From: Octopus vulgaris
Taxonomy: Eukaryota
NCBI GenBank assembly: GCA_951406725.2
Contig: OX597830.1
Coordinates: forward strand, 44,330,001-44,394,000
Reading direction: 5' to 3'
DNA: 64,000 nt
Shown: piece after piece, positions 51,415-64,000 of the stretch
Numbering within the stretch: the first letter of the stretch is position 1
How the letters are laid out: each line of letters starts with the position of its first letter
The notes under the pieces: generated by a model
Told to the model about the DNA's origin: nothing
Databases searched by the model: none
The model's input: only the letters and a program-made list of their open reading frames with translations
Translations under genes and position numbers: made by a program

Positions 51415-52130
51415 TCCTTTCTCCTATAGGCATCAGGGAGGGAGTTGCCGATTATATCGATCAAAGTATTTAACAGGTGCTTGGTTTATCGACCCGAACG
51501 GATGAAAGGCAAAGTCAACCTTAGCGAAAGTTGAACTCACCACGTAAAGACTGGTGAAATGCCATAAAGCATTTTGTCCGCTGTGCTAACGATTCTTTTC
51601 AATTCTCGGCACAAGGCCCGAAATTTTTGGACCCCAGTATGAAACTGGTAATCAATTTATCGATCTCGAAAGGATAAGAGGCAAAGTCGACCTCGGTGGA
51701 ATTTGAACTCAGAACATAAAGGCAGACGAAATACCTATTTCTTTACTACCCACACGGGGCTAAACAAGAACGGACAAACAGATTAAGTCGATTATATCAA
51801 ACCCAATGCGTAACTGGTACTTATTTAATCGACCCCGAAAGGATGAAAGGCAAAGTCGACCTCGGCGGAATTTGAACTCAGAACGTAGCGGCAGACAAAG
51901 TACCTATTTCTTTACTACCCACAAGGGGCTAAACACACAGAGGACAAACAAGAACAGACAAACAGATTAAGTCGATTATATCGAACCCAATGCGTAACTG
52001 GTACTTATTTAATCGACCCCGAAAGGATGAAAGGCAAAGTCGACCTCGGCGGAATTTGAACGCAGCGGCAGACGAAATACCGCTAAGGATTTCGCCGGGC
52101 GTGCTAACGTTTCTGCCAGCTCGCAGCCTT
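51415..52130 (-). mobile_element. Tandem array of about 4 family B SINE units
   Basis: The GAAAGGATGAAAGGCAAAGTCGACCTCGGCGGAATTTGAAC block recurs at ~51500, 51670, 51840 and 52020. Confidence 0.85.
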
Positions 52131-52939
52131 TACAAAGAGCAATAAAAAAGAAGACATAAAAGGTTGCTCCAGCGATAAAGTTGTCTGATGTTCACGTGTT
52201 GTATTTCAAAGATTATTGTATTATTTCCTCCCTATACAACAACAGTCTGCAATTAAACTAATGAAAATCGCTAAAAATGCAAGGATTCACTATATGAGAG
52301 GAGCTGTCACGGCGAGCTCACGCATAGAATCCTTTCTGCTGAAGGCGCAAAATCTGGAATTTAGGAGGAGGGTAATAGTCGATTTCATCGACCCCAGTGT
52401 GTCACTGGTACTTAATTTACAACCCCGAGAAGATGTAAGACAAAGTCGATCTCTGCGGAATTTGAACTTTGTAATGTGGCGACGGGCGAAATGCCACTAA
52501 GCATTTCGTTCAGCGTGCTAACGAGTCTTTTTATTTTCTACTCTAGGCACAAGGCCAGAAATTTTGGGGGAGGGAGCCAGTCGAATATATCGACCCCAGT
52601 ACGCAACTGGTACTTTATTGACCTCGAAAGAATGAAAGCCAAAGTCGACCTCGACGGAATTTATAACTCAGGACGCAAAGACAGACGAAATACTGCTAAG
52701 CATTTCGCCCGGCATACTAATGATTCTGCTAGCTCGCTGCCTTAGCTCACGTATATAAGATTTATAAACCTGTAACAAAACTATAATAGAAAATGCGTTA
52801 ACTCAAAAAATCTCAAATGAAAGTCATGTTAAAGTTTGATCACGACCGTGATACTCTTTTATACACATACATTCTTGATTATGTTATAAACTGGATATGC
52901 ATCAAATAAGGCCTATTACGACTACAGAACCAGGAACGT

Positions 52940-53380
52940 GCTGTTTCTTTCATTTTCTCTGGGTTTTTTTTGTGACACTACAGCTCCGCTCTAACAATCA
53001 TCTCCATTGTTTTAGGCGTCACTGTTGCACCCCGTCACCCGGATCTAGCTTATATTATTTGACGTAGTCGTCCTCCTCGAGAGTCCTAAGAGCTTCAAAC
53101 TCTCTAGAGTTAATTTCCTGTGCACGGTTTTTCGTAAACTCCTCGAGATACTTGTTAATCCTTATGAACTATCTTCAGCTACTTACTTTATAAAAGCATT
53201 TCCCATCAGCAAAGACATACTTGCCAACGAAATATTTGAGGTTTGATTGCTTTCAAAAGTTGCAGCATAGCTCCACGTCTTTCTATCTCAACTTTTGAAA
53301 ATCAGAGAAATCTGTGAAACTGGTCAAGTCTTTAAAAGATGTTTAAACAAGAGAAAATCTAGACGAATCCCATTTCAGTT
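52940..53380 (-). mobile_element. Very degenerate Penelope-like RT N-terminal fragment
   Basis: Minus frame NSREFEALRTLEEDDYVKII*A..G..GATV resembles the PLE motif E..AL..L..D..I.I..ADKG.ATV. Confidence 0.35.
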
Positions 53381-53394
53381 TCAACTTCATTTTT

Positions 53395-53431
<37 letters not shown>

Positions 53432-53580
53432 CCTACGACGGACCGGCATCCCGTCCAGGTGCAACATATATACGCAACTGAAACCTGAAACCGGGAAACC
53501 AGACCTTATGAGCCTGGCATTTCTTCTTCTTTATATGTATATAAGAAAAGTGGACGTGTATTTCCACGCTGGAAAAATAT

Positions 53581-53871
53581 AGAGAATTTGCTGTTGAAAA
53601 TGCACCGGAATTTGCAAAGCTTGTAATCGTCTTTAAATAAATTTATTTACATACATACCAAACTAGTTTCAACATTTTTTTTGGTATAAAGGTATGGAAT
53701 TTTAAGAATTTTAAATTTTGAAGTAGAAAACATGTTTAAAGGATTAAATGTTCCCAAAATTCAATAATATCAAAAATGATCAGAGAAGAATATAAAGAAT
53801 GTGGATCACCAAAAATTCGGTCATACTGAGTTGAGAGAGAGAGAGAGAGAGGGAGAGAGAGAGAGAGAGGT

Positions 53872-53938
<67 letters not shown>

Positions 53939-55702
53939 GGAGAAAAGGAAATTAAAATAAGGGGTTTTGTTACAGTTTCTGTAGTTCTGTTTTTCAGTAT
54001 GACCAAACTTTCACATTCGCCGGTCATTTCTGATTTCATTCAATTTTGTGAACGTTTAATCATTTAAACATATTTTCTACTTCGCAATTAAATTTTTTTT
54101 TAAATCCCATACCTTTCTACCATTGATAAACAAAAAATTATTTACATTTGACAGATATTTGCCCTCACCTTCGTTGTTAACACGTTTCGGTTGATATACC
54201 CTCCAGCCTTTATTAGGTTTCTTGAGGAAATTTCGAACGTAGGTTCTCATTCCTAAGGTATTTTTCGATGTTATTATTATTTAAGTTGCTGCCTAGAATC
54301 GAACTCAGAATCTTGTAGTTAGTAGCCCGCGCTCTTGACCTCTACGCCATATGCCCAAGAGTGAATATGGAGTGAATTTTAGGGCTTATAAATCTAATAT
54401 TTTTCTATCCTTCCTTAATACCAGTTCCCATATGCTACTCATATTTGCACTCGGTCTGCTTAGGAGGTTGTTGTGTCCTAACATATGTGTTGCTGCTTTT
54501 AGTTTTCATATTTTCCAGTAGTGTTCTCTACCTATTATTTTAACTTCATTCCACAGGGGGAGGTGGTCTCCATTTTTCCATACCTGATTTATCAATATCT
54601 CCTCGTGTAACAACTTTGCGATGTTCGTCTACCCTTATTTTGAGGGTGAGGCATGTTTCGCCTTTGTATAACCTACCACAGCTGCATGGGATGGAGTACA
54701 CGCAGTCTTTGGTCATATTCTCTTCTATTGGTGATTTTACTTGAAGGAGATATTTGCGAAGTGCTTTTTTTCTCTTGAATACTACCCTGATGTCATATGG
54801 GCTGCATATCTTTTGTATCTTTTCGGAGATGCCTTTCACATAGCGTAGACAGACTGTGAACAGTTTATTGGTTTCATCCTCTCTTTTCTTCATAACTGGA
54901 GTTGACAGTATGTTTTTGGGGTAGTTGTTACTTAACAGATTGTTATTGAGCTTGATCATTTCTTCGCGGTGTGTATCACGATCGCTACTAATATTCTTTG
55001 CTTGATGTTTTGGATACTGAGAAATCCCACTCTTTACACTGTACGGATGGTGGGAATTGAAGTTGAGGTGTCGTCCAGTGAAAGTCGGCTTGCGGTATAC
55101 GGATGTCCTGAATCCATACTTGGTGCGTGTTATTAATGCGTCCAGGAATGTTAGCTGATTGTCTTTTTCCTTTTCAATTGTGAACTGTATGGATGGCTTT
55201 ATTGAGTTCACATGATCTAACAGCACTTGGATATCTTCCCGGTGGAGCCAGAGTATAAAGGTCTCATCAACATATCGCAGCCATAGGGTTGGTTTTAGTG
55301 GCGTTGGTCCTAAAACCAAATTCTCAAAGTATTCCATGTATATATTGGCTATTATCGGTGATAATGGCAAACCCATAGTTAAACCCTCTTCTTGTCGATA
55401 TATATCAGTGTCCATTCTGAAGTTGGTAGTTTCTACACAGAAGGTCAACATTTCCATCAGGTTTCTTATTGGTATACTAGTGCGTTCTTTTAGATGGGTG
55501 TCTGTCACTAGTTTTTCCTGAATCATTGACAGTGCTTCACCAAATGTAAATAATGTAAATAATGTACATAATTCCTCATCTCTTAAATATAGAAATGAAA
55601 CAAAAAATTGTTGAAACTAGTTTGGTATTTATGTAAATAAATTTACTTAAAAACAATTACAAGTTTTTCAAATTCAGGTGCATTTTCAACAACAAATTCT
55701 CT
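53581..55702. mobile_element. Non-autonomous DNA transposon with ~100-bp TIRs, hosting a Penelope insertion
   Basis: 53581-53680 (AGAGAATTTGCTGTTGAAAATGCACC...CTAGTTTCAACA) matches the reverse complement of 55602-55702. Confidence 0.75.
54125..55545 (-). mobile_element. 5'-truncated Penelope-like element (RT plus GIY-YIG plus pLTR)
   Basis: ORF 54546-55526: YRQEEGLTMGLPLSPIIANIYMEYFE, WLRYVDETF, LTFLD, VYRKPT..HLNFNSHHP, CVYSIPCSCGRLYKGET. Degenerate hammerhead (CTAATAA...GAAACG) at ~54178-54220. Confidence 0.93.
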
Positions 55703-55720
55703 TTCCTTTTCTCTCTTCCT

Positions 55721-55785
<65 letters not shown>

Positions 55786-55804
55786 ACACACACACATTTG
55801 TGGC

Positions 55805-56448
55805 AAATGAAAGATGGAAGATGGAATATACGAGAATTCATTATTATTCATGACAGTTGTTTCGACACATCTAACATCGATCCCTCATATCTGGGACACC
55901 CAACAACTGGTTCAGAAGCATCTGGCGGTGTAGATGTATCTCGTCGGATGATAAATAAATGCAACTCGTTAAAATAACAGTTCCACAATGTAACCTCCCG
56001 CTTTGTAGAAAGAAAAGCAGCCAGACGAAAGAAATATCTTCATTTATATAGATCAACGATAAAATCACAGATGGCATAAATAGAAACGGACACGCAATCC
56101 AGCGAGAAAAGTATAAAAAATAACCGTTAACAAATATGGATGTATAAATGCCCTTGGGCAAGCTGCATGGCGCGAGTACACTCGCTCATACAAGCATTCG
56201 CAAAAATGTGAGCCAACACACGTGTGAGGTTTGGGGCATTCACGATCACATAGCGAGTTAACTATCTACTTGGTGTTTGTAAGAATGGTAAGGTTGAAAG
56301 TAAACTTAAGTCGCCTATACTTTAAAGCAAATATAATTATGTTAACGGTTACTAAAAATTCATTCCTACTGCATTGTGCAAAACTATATTTATATGCGTG
56401 TATGCATCTCGAGAGTCATTCAGAAATTCTATTAATGATCTTCTCGTA
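55805..56448 (-). mobile_element. Penelope-like 3' region, same family as 7070-7690
   Basis: Colinear similarity including GTTACATTGTGGAACTGTTATTTTAACGAGTTG and the hammerhead. Confidence 0.8.
55841..55958 (-). ncRNA. Type I hammerhead motif with CCGACGA core and extended stem II
   Basis: Minus strand: TTATTTATCAT-CCGACGA-GATACATCTA...TAGATGTGTC-GAAA-CAACTG-TC-ATGAATAATAA. Confidence 0.65.
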
Positions 56449-56564
56449 AGTCCACATGTATGTATGTATGTATGCCGACAGTGTGGAATTAGCACTTTCC
56501 CATAAACTCTCATGTACGAAACTGATTAGTAAAATCAGCTGAAATGATACTGTATTGTGTGTGC

Positions 56565-56642
<78 letters not shown>

Positions 56643-58647
56643 ACATATACATACATATAGTTGGGATTTACAGAAAAACAAAAGACAAAGACACACATAC
56701 GTACATATACACACAGTTATTGGTGACGTCATTAAAAATTCGCGAATTTTGGAGAGAGCATGGAATATTCTTTTTTGGAACCGAGTCTCGCAGTATATAT
56801 AATGCCATAAATAATAGGATGTAAAAACTGGGTTGAAAAACCCTTTTTCGATAGAAAAATCGAAGGCTGCTGGGACTTGAACCTGCATCGCTTGTAGACA
56901 TGTGTGTGTGTGTGTGTTCATTTCATTCCCAATTCTAATAACTTTTATGATATTTTACGTCTAATTAATTTCTTTGTATAGATATTCAATAATGAAAGGA
57001 AGTTCAGAAAGTAAATTTTCCTGAAAACGTCAATTTATAAAAAAAATCTCACTTGCTTAGTAAATATTTCATTCTGTAATCTATTGTTGTTGTAATGTAT
57101 CTGTAATTTAAACAAACTTCAAGATGACCCAACTACGTTTAGCGTACTAGAAATAGCAGTGATCACATAGTTGTTACTGCAAGGCTTATAGCGTTCCAAA
57201 CAGCCATACCAACAAAATCACTTCTGAATTAAAAAGCAAAAAATGATACTGGTATGTTAAAAAGTGTTCATTTTATCAAAAAATATTAATTTAACAAACT
57301 CTGGAAACTGATATTGTTCTTGAAATTGTGTTTCAAAGTTATATAGCTATTTCGTCTAATAGCATTCATTCAATAAATAATTTATTTCCATTATATATAT
57401 ATATATGTGGGTTTTGCAAATAGCGAATTAAAACTTGAAATGAAAACATTGAAATGAATATATATTAAATTACCATTAATGAAAATAGAGGCGAAAGAGA
57501 GAGAGAAAGAGAAAGAGAGGGAGGGAGAGAGAGGGAGGGAGGGAGAGAGGAAGGGAGAGAGAGTGAAAGCGAGAGTGAGAGACTGTTGCAAATGAAAACG
57601 GAAAATTTTGCCTATAATGAATATTATTTATTAAACATTAACATCTGCTCCGCAGTGAATGCAACGAATATTTAAATTTGTGAAAAATTGTAGTTCAAAT
57701 ATTCAATAAACTTCAGAAATCGAACTTAGGAAATTTTTTGGTATATGAATTTATGAAAAAAATTTCCCGACAGTCAAGCCTTTAATAATTGCTTTCTTTT
57801 ATACCTGATTAATAAGCAGCTTCCTCCATTATAATATAAATAGAAGATGCCTCAATAGTTTCAAAACATGCTAAAAGAGTTTAATTCAGGACTAATTGGT
57901 GAAGCGGATTATGCTAGTTGATGAATAAGATTAATCAGAAATCTGATGTCTGTCTTTCATCCTTTACTTGTTTCAGTCATTGGTCTGCGGCCATGCTAGA
58001 ACACCACCTTGAAGGGTTTAGGTCCATCAGATCGACCCTAACTACGCATTTTCTAAGTCTGGTAATTTTACTATCGGATACTTTTGCCGAACCGCTTCGT
58101 TACGGGTGCATAAACCAACTAACGTCCGTTGTCAAGCGCTGGAACGGGGAAACATACACTAAGATTCACGTATGTGTACTATGGGCTTTTGCACAGTTTT
58201 CATCAACTAAATTCACTCACAAGACATTGATCAGCCTTGGGCTATAGAAGAAGACACTTGTCCAAGGTACTGCACAGTGGGACTGAACCCGAGACCATGT
58301 GGCTGCCAAGCAAGCTTCTTAACCTATATCGATTATATTACTATATAGGTTTTCATTATTTTCCTTTCTTAATTCTCTGTCCAATATCATTTCTCTATTA
58401 TGTAATACTCGATTATATGACTATTACTATGATTTGAACTGATACTCCAAATTACTATTGAATAAGATTGTACGAAAATGCGTCTGGTATTTCCGTCAGG
58501 GGCAGGAGTTGAACCGATGGACACGCCATTCGCTACATACCTCTAAATAGTCTGAAAGTAGTTATGTAAATGGGTATTAAATTTATCTCCATCCATCCAT
58601 CCGTCCGTCCGTCTGTCCGATCGTTCATTTGTGCATCCGCCCAACTC

Positions 58648-58870
58648 TACCTACCTACCTACTACCTACCTACCTACCTACCTACCTACCTACCTACCTA
58701 CCTACCTACCTACCTACCTACCTACCTACCTACCTACCTACCTACCTACCTACTTACCTACCTACCTACCTACCTACCTACCTACCTACCTATCTACCTA
58801 CCTACCTACCTGCATACCTACCTACCTGCATACTTACCTACCTACCTACCTACCTACCTACCAACATACA

Positions 58871-58900
<30 letters not shown>
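58648..58900. repeat. (CCTA)n/(CATA)n microsatellite
   Basis: Directly visible. Confidence 0.97.
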
Positions 58901-58905
<5 letters not shown>

Positions 58906-60906
58906 CAGCCTGCTTACTTGCCTGTCTCTCTCTCTTTTCCCCTTTCTCTCATTCTGTCACTCTAGCATTCTCTCTCACCCTCTCTCATTCTCTCTCACCC
59001 TTTATCATTATCTCTCACTCTCTCTCTCTGTCCTTTGCTTTCCTCGAATGTCAACTTTCATTTCTTTCTTTCCTTTTCCCTGTTAGTCATGTCTTCCCCC
59101 ACAAACTTTTGTTCGTTTCTTTCTTTTTCATTACCAACCGCTAAACCAGGATTAACAGATTAGGCTACATGCAACAGATTATGCGACTACATATTGTATT
59201 AAAATTTTAGTCTTTCAAGACAAAGACAATTTTTAAAAAATTTACCAGAAAAATTTTAATCTTGAGTTGCATTCTAAAACAATCTACTGATTTTAGAAAA
59301 AACATGTTACTTTTTATGAAATTGATCTTGCAGCCCTTCACTGGATCTCGATGGCCGGGCGTTCTTCATGCAACCGCCATTTCATTATCAATTTTCTTGT
59401 TTATTACACTTATAAATACACAGACACACAAAAGTACACGCACTCACTCACTCACACACAAACAACTACCACCACCACAACCACCACCACCACCACCACC
59501 AACAAATCAAACGAAGCAACGTTTTCGTGAGCTGCTAGAACTAGCACACAATCTCCCTTATTTCAGACATTACTATCTTTAAAAGTGAGAACTCATTGAA
59601 TAATGTAGACCGAGACACGCCATGCTTGCCAGACAAGACAGGATGTCCATAACTGCAACGATCCTCGCTCGTGGCTGATCTGCAGTGAAACAACAACAAC
59701 AACAACAGCAACACAATTTTACAATCCTTTCTTAATAAATTAACTATCCATTGACACATAGACCACTGAGTTAGCTTATGACAAAAGGTATTTCTCCGTT
59801 ATTGCAGGAGGTTTACATTATAAAAGAGTAGGAAATGCTTTGGCACAGCCTTTGGGGATCGCGAATCCGACGTCGACTTATTTGACGTGAAACTCTTTAA
59901 TATTTCTTCCATCTTTATGTTTCTCACGTTCTGTCACCCTCTCTCTCTCATTTTTCTCTCTTTCCCTCTCTCCCTCACAGATAGATAAATAAACACACAT
60001 ACGCGCGCGCACACACACAATCCCTCTCCTTTATGTGTGTGAGAGCATATTTCTCTATGCATGTGAGGAGAGAAAAAGTGTATCAAACGTGTTCAGTTAA
60101 TAATTTGCAATCGCTCTCTCCCCCTCTCTCTCTCCCCCTCTCTCCCTCTTTCTCTCCATCTCCCCCATCTCTGACTAATTTGTATGTATATATTTCTGGT
60201 CACATGCGCATGTGTGTGTATGTGTTTGCTTTCAGAGCCAAAGAGTACTTTTGCCAAAGAAGCTTCAATATGCAGTCAACCGTGCCAAATCGCCAGCGCC
60301 TGGACGGCCTCACAGAATCATGCTTTTCCGTTATATGTCCTTTCGGATAGGAGGGTGGGATTTCAGAGAAATTTATCTGGTATTTCTAGCTCCCACGTTG
60401 GCTAAATTACATGATATTAGAAACTCCTAGTATGGTCACAAAGTATTTAGATTAGTATTTAGATTGCTGGGGCAACACCTTCAAAAATTTTTAGTCGAAT
60501 GAATTGACCCCAACACTTGTTTTTTTAGGCCTGGTACTTATGCAATCAGTATCTTTTGTTGCAGTATCTTTTGTAACCGCTTAGTTACAGGGATGTAAAC
60601 ACGCCAACATTGATTTCAAGTAGTGATAGCGGAAAAACACGGACACAAAAAAACATACACACACACACACACACACACACATACATACATGACAGGATTC
60701 TTTTCAGTTTCCGTCTACCAAATCCACTCACAAGACTTTGGTTGGTTCGAGACTATAGTAGAAGACATTTGCCCAAAGTGCCACGCAGTGAGACTGAACT
60801 CGGTTGAGATGTGGTTGAGATGAAAGCGTCTTACCACACAACCACGCCTGCGCCTAGAATCAGTAAAAGAGGAACAGAATAAATTAGAACCGTGTTTTGT
60901 ATTTAC

Positions 60907-61197
60907 CTCTTTGCTGATTCCCTGTTTGTCGCTTTCATCTTCATTGCTTCCATCTTTGTAATTTCCCTCATCTCTATTTCCAATTTTGCTGCTTTCAACT
61001 GTGATACTCTCAATATTGGTAGCACCAGTTATGGTGGACTCGGTTTTGGCATTCGCTGTTTTGTTACTCTCATTCTTTAAAGCTCCACTTTTGGTAATAC
61101 TGTCTTTCTCATTTCCATTTTCTTGAAACGCAACATTATTATAAGTTGGAATCGTTTCTTCTCTTGTCGGGTAAACCTTTATATTTTTCATATCCAT
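60907..61197 (-). CDS. Probable N-terminal coding exon of the TRPM gene (MDMKNIKVYPTREET...KQGISKE, 97 aa, disordered)
   Basis: TTTGCAG acceptor at 61209-61208, ATG at 61197 (the frame is also open upstream to the acceptor), GAG/GTAAAT donor at 60906, phase 0 matching the 14531 exon. Non-repetitive, hydrophilic, protein-like ORF. Linkage to TRPM is inferred. Confidence 0.6.
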
Positions 61198-62271
61198 TTC
61201 ATTTAATCTGCAAATTCAAAAAATATTTTTCAAGATAAGTGAGAATTTATAAAATTACAAGATGTTTTATGAGTTATTAACGATTTCCAGTAAAGCTAAA
61301 TAATTTCTGATTTTTTTTTTTTCATAACTGATTGCAAATTCTTAGCATATTAAAACACGAAGGAATTGGCAGAATGGTAACTGTAAAGAACTAAATTCTT
61401 TTAGTTGTAACTCTTTACTTTCTTAATTCAAATCACGTAACTTCAGCCTAATATTTTGCCGTTCCGCGTTCAGATCAACTTTGCGTTTCAAAGTTCTACG
61501 GTCATGTTGGCTTTGCATTTCAACCTCCTGGAACCAATCAAATAAAATTGTCTCTCAATTGTACTTGTACTAAAAAATGAATATTAATAAAGACTTTCGG
61601 TCGGAGTCATCGTTGCCATTCATCTTGCGAGGGTGCAAACAATAAAGTACAGATCAAATAATCGAGACGATCTAAATGATTAGAAGCTTAGACCCGGCCA
61701 TATATACGTCACATATACGCGTACACACACGCATGTTTGTGTGTGTATTGTATATACCTATACGTGAATATGTACGTATATATGAAGGTATATGTGTGTG
61801 AGTGTGTGTGTGAAGGTGCATGACTGAGTGGTTAGAGCATCGAGCTCACTATCATGAGGTAGTGAGTTCGATTCCCGGATCGGGCTGTGCGTTGTATTCT
61901 TCTCCAAGATACTTTATTTGATATTGCTCCAGTTCACTAGCTTTTTTTCCCTTCTAAAGGCGTGGAGAGAGGAGGCTGGTATGCATGGGTGATAATTGAT
62001 CTTCCATAAACAAACTTGTCCAGACATGTCTCGGAGGGTAAATTTCTAGGTGCAATCTCATGGTAATCCATGACCGAAGGGTATCTTTATCCACACATAA
62101 GCACCACTTATGAATGCATATAATCAACTTCCTATAAATATACTACTGCTCTAACGATTAGATTGTGCTTCTTTTTCGGATGATCCATGATCCACTGACA
62201 ATATATGTATATATATATATATATATATGAATATATAAATATACATATATGTATACACACACACACACACA

Positions 62272-62309
<38 letters not shown>

Positions 62310-62734
62310 AACATCTTTTTTTTATTTTTTGCATGTTTCAGTCATTAGACTACGGCTATACTGGGGCACCGCCTAGAATTTTTAGCCGGATGAATCGACT
62401 CCAGTACTTAGTTTTTAAGCCTGGTACTTATTCTATCGGTTTTTTTTGCCGAACCGATAAATTACGAGGTCTTCAACACACCAACACCGATTGTCAAGCG
62501 GTAATGAGAGACAAACACAGACACAAAGACACATCGACATAAATACACACACACATACACATATATACGACGGGCTTCTTTCAGTTTCCGTCTACAAAAT
62601 CCACTCACAATGCTTTGGCCAGGCCGAGGCTATAGTAGAAGACATTTGCCCAAGGTGCCACGTAGTGGTACTGAATCCAGAGCCATGTGGTTGGGAAGCA
62701 AACTTATTACTACACAGCCACTCCTGCGCCTATA

Positions 62735-63043
62735 TCTTATATAATAAATGCGAAAATTAATTTCTGTGTCAGTGTGTCACACTTTGACCCTCCCTCTCTC
62801 ACTGTTCAATGACACTTCTACTATTCCTCCTGTGGGGTGACAGTAATAGAAGGCATAGAGAGGGTGAGGGTGGTGGCGAAGACAGGGAGAGAGCGAGAGA
62901 GAGAGAGAGAGAGGGAGAGAGAAAGAGAGTGACAGAGAAAGAATAAGAGAGGGAGAGAAAGAGAGACAAAGAAATTCAGACAGAGTTGATGATGTTTTAT
63001 TAAGAGTAGTAGTATTGATGGTGGCAGTGGGAGTAATAATAAT

Positions 63044-63082
<39 letters not shown>

Positions 63083-63890
63083 AGAGAAATAGTGGGTAAG
63101 TGAGAGAAAGAGGGAGATGATGTACAACTTTCTTTAATCATATCTCTTTGACAGAAATTCCTGTGGCCAATATACTGAACACTGAACCAACATACTGAAC
63201 ACTGAACCAACATACTGAACACTATCATTTCTGTTTTATTTTTTGCTTGCTTTAATACACACACACATACACATATATATACATACGTACACACACATAT
63301 ATAAATACACTTTAATTAAATACAGTTTCCCCATAGTTAAACATATCTAATATAATAAATGTGAATGTCAGTGTGTCAGTGTATCACACTTTTTCAACTT
63401 AACTTCTTGAGGCCATAGCCCAACATATCATACCATTTTGAAATCAGACTGATTCCATGATTAAATTAAAAATCATTCCGAGTTGAATCCGGACCCACAA
63501 TCCCAAAATTTTGGATTTCCAAGTTTTCACTACTGTGATTGTTTTCAGCAATTTTTTTTACGTGACTTTTTGCGACAGATTATTTTTTGTACAATAACAA
63601 TTTTTATAATCTAAAGGCCAACTCTGTGAATAAATTTAAAACATTCTGGGCCGAATCCAGAGCTGCAATCCTGAAGTTTTGGATTCTTGTTTTCATTGTG
63701 GATTGTTTTCGGCGATTTTTTTTTACATGATTTTTTGCGACGAATTGGGATTTGACTCTGGAGGAAGCAACTGCAGCAAATTTTCCAAAACAAATCAGAG
63801 ATCTGTTTGCAGATCTTCCCATTCGGGACGAGTTGCTTAAAAGTTATAAACAAGCTTAAAAGCCGCCCGGGAAGGCGGTTTTTAAGCTAA
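62735..63890 (+). mobile_element. Non-autonomous Helitron with two 5' ends
   Basis: A/TCTTATATAATAAATGCGAAA at 62735 and A/TCTAATATAATAAATGTGAA at 63346. 3' hairpin AAAAGCCGCC-CGGGAA-GGCGGTTTT followed by CTAA/T (CTRR). Confidence 0.75.
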
Positions 63891-63895
63891 TATAC

Positions 63896-63962
<67 letters not shown>

Positions 63963-64000
63963 CATACATACATACATACATACATACATACATACATACA

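Noticed and set aside
51415-52743. Regularly recurring ~40-bp palindromic block resembling a CRISPR array
   Set aside because: The intervening sequences are homologous to each other and the block is the core of a dispersed SINE. The context is eukaryotic and there are no cas genes.
54546-55526. 326-aa RT ORF as a domesticated gene or active element
   Set aside because: 5'-truncated, catalytic DD altered to DE, frameshifted C-terminus; an ordinary dead Penelope copy.

Overview
AT-rich, microsatellite- and transposon-dense animal genomic DNA, most likely a coleoid cephalopod (Octopus-like; inferred from SINE families and CATA/TA/CA microsatellite load). The only host gene is the 5' part of a minus-strand TRPM2-like cation channel. 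Four phase-compatible exons at 14455-14531, 4215-4359, 2530-2710 and 1376-1539 encode MHR1/2, with a probable N-terminal exon at 60907-61207 and a candidate alternative first exon at 43077-43151. The introns contain decayed mariner, piggyBac, Tigger-like, foldback and Helitron elements, Tx1, RTE, R4/Dong, CR1-group and Penelope retroelements, and four tRNA-SINE families. Main observations: (1) several hammerhead-ribozyme motifs, some with variant cores; (2) two independent RTE insertions with twin-priming-like 5' inversions; (3) a Meta/MESC-type SINE whose tail matches the 3' end of the resident Tx1 LINE; (4) an R4/Dong family associated with (CATA)n; (5) a 56-bp templated insertion. Most long ORFs in the supplied track are microsatellite artefacts. 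All alignments were made by eye and repeat boundaries are approximate.
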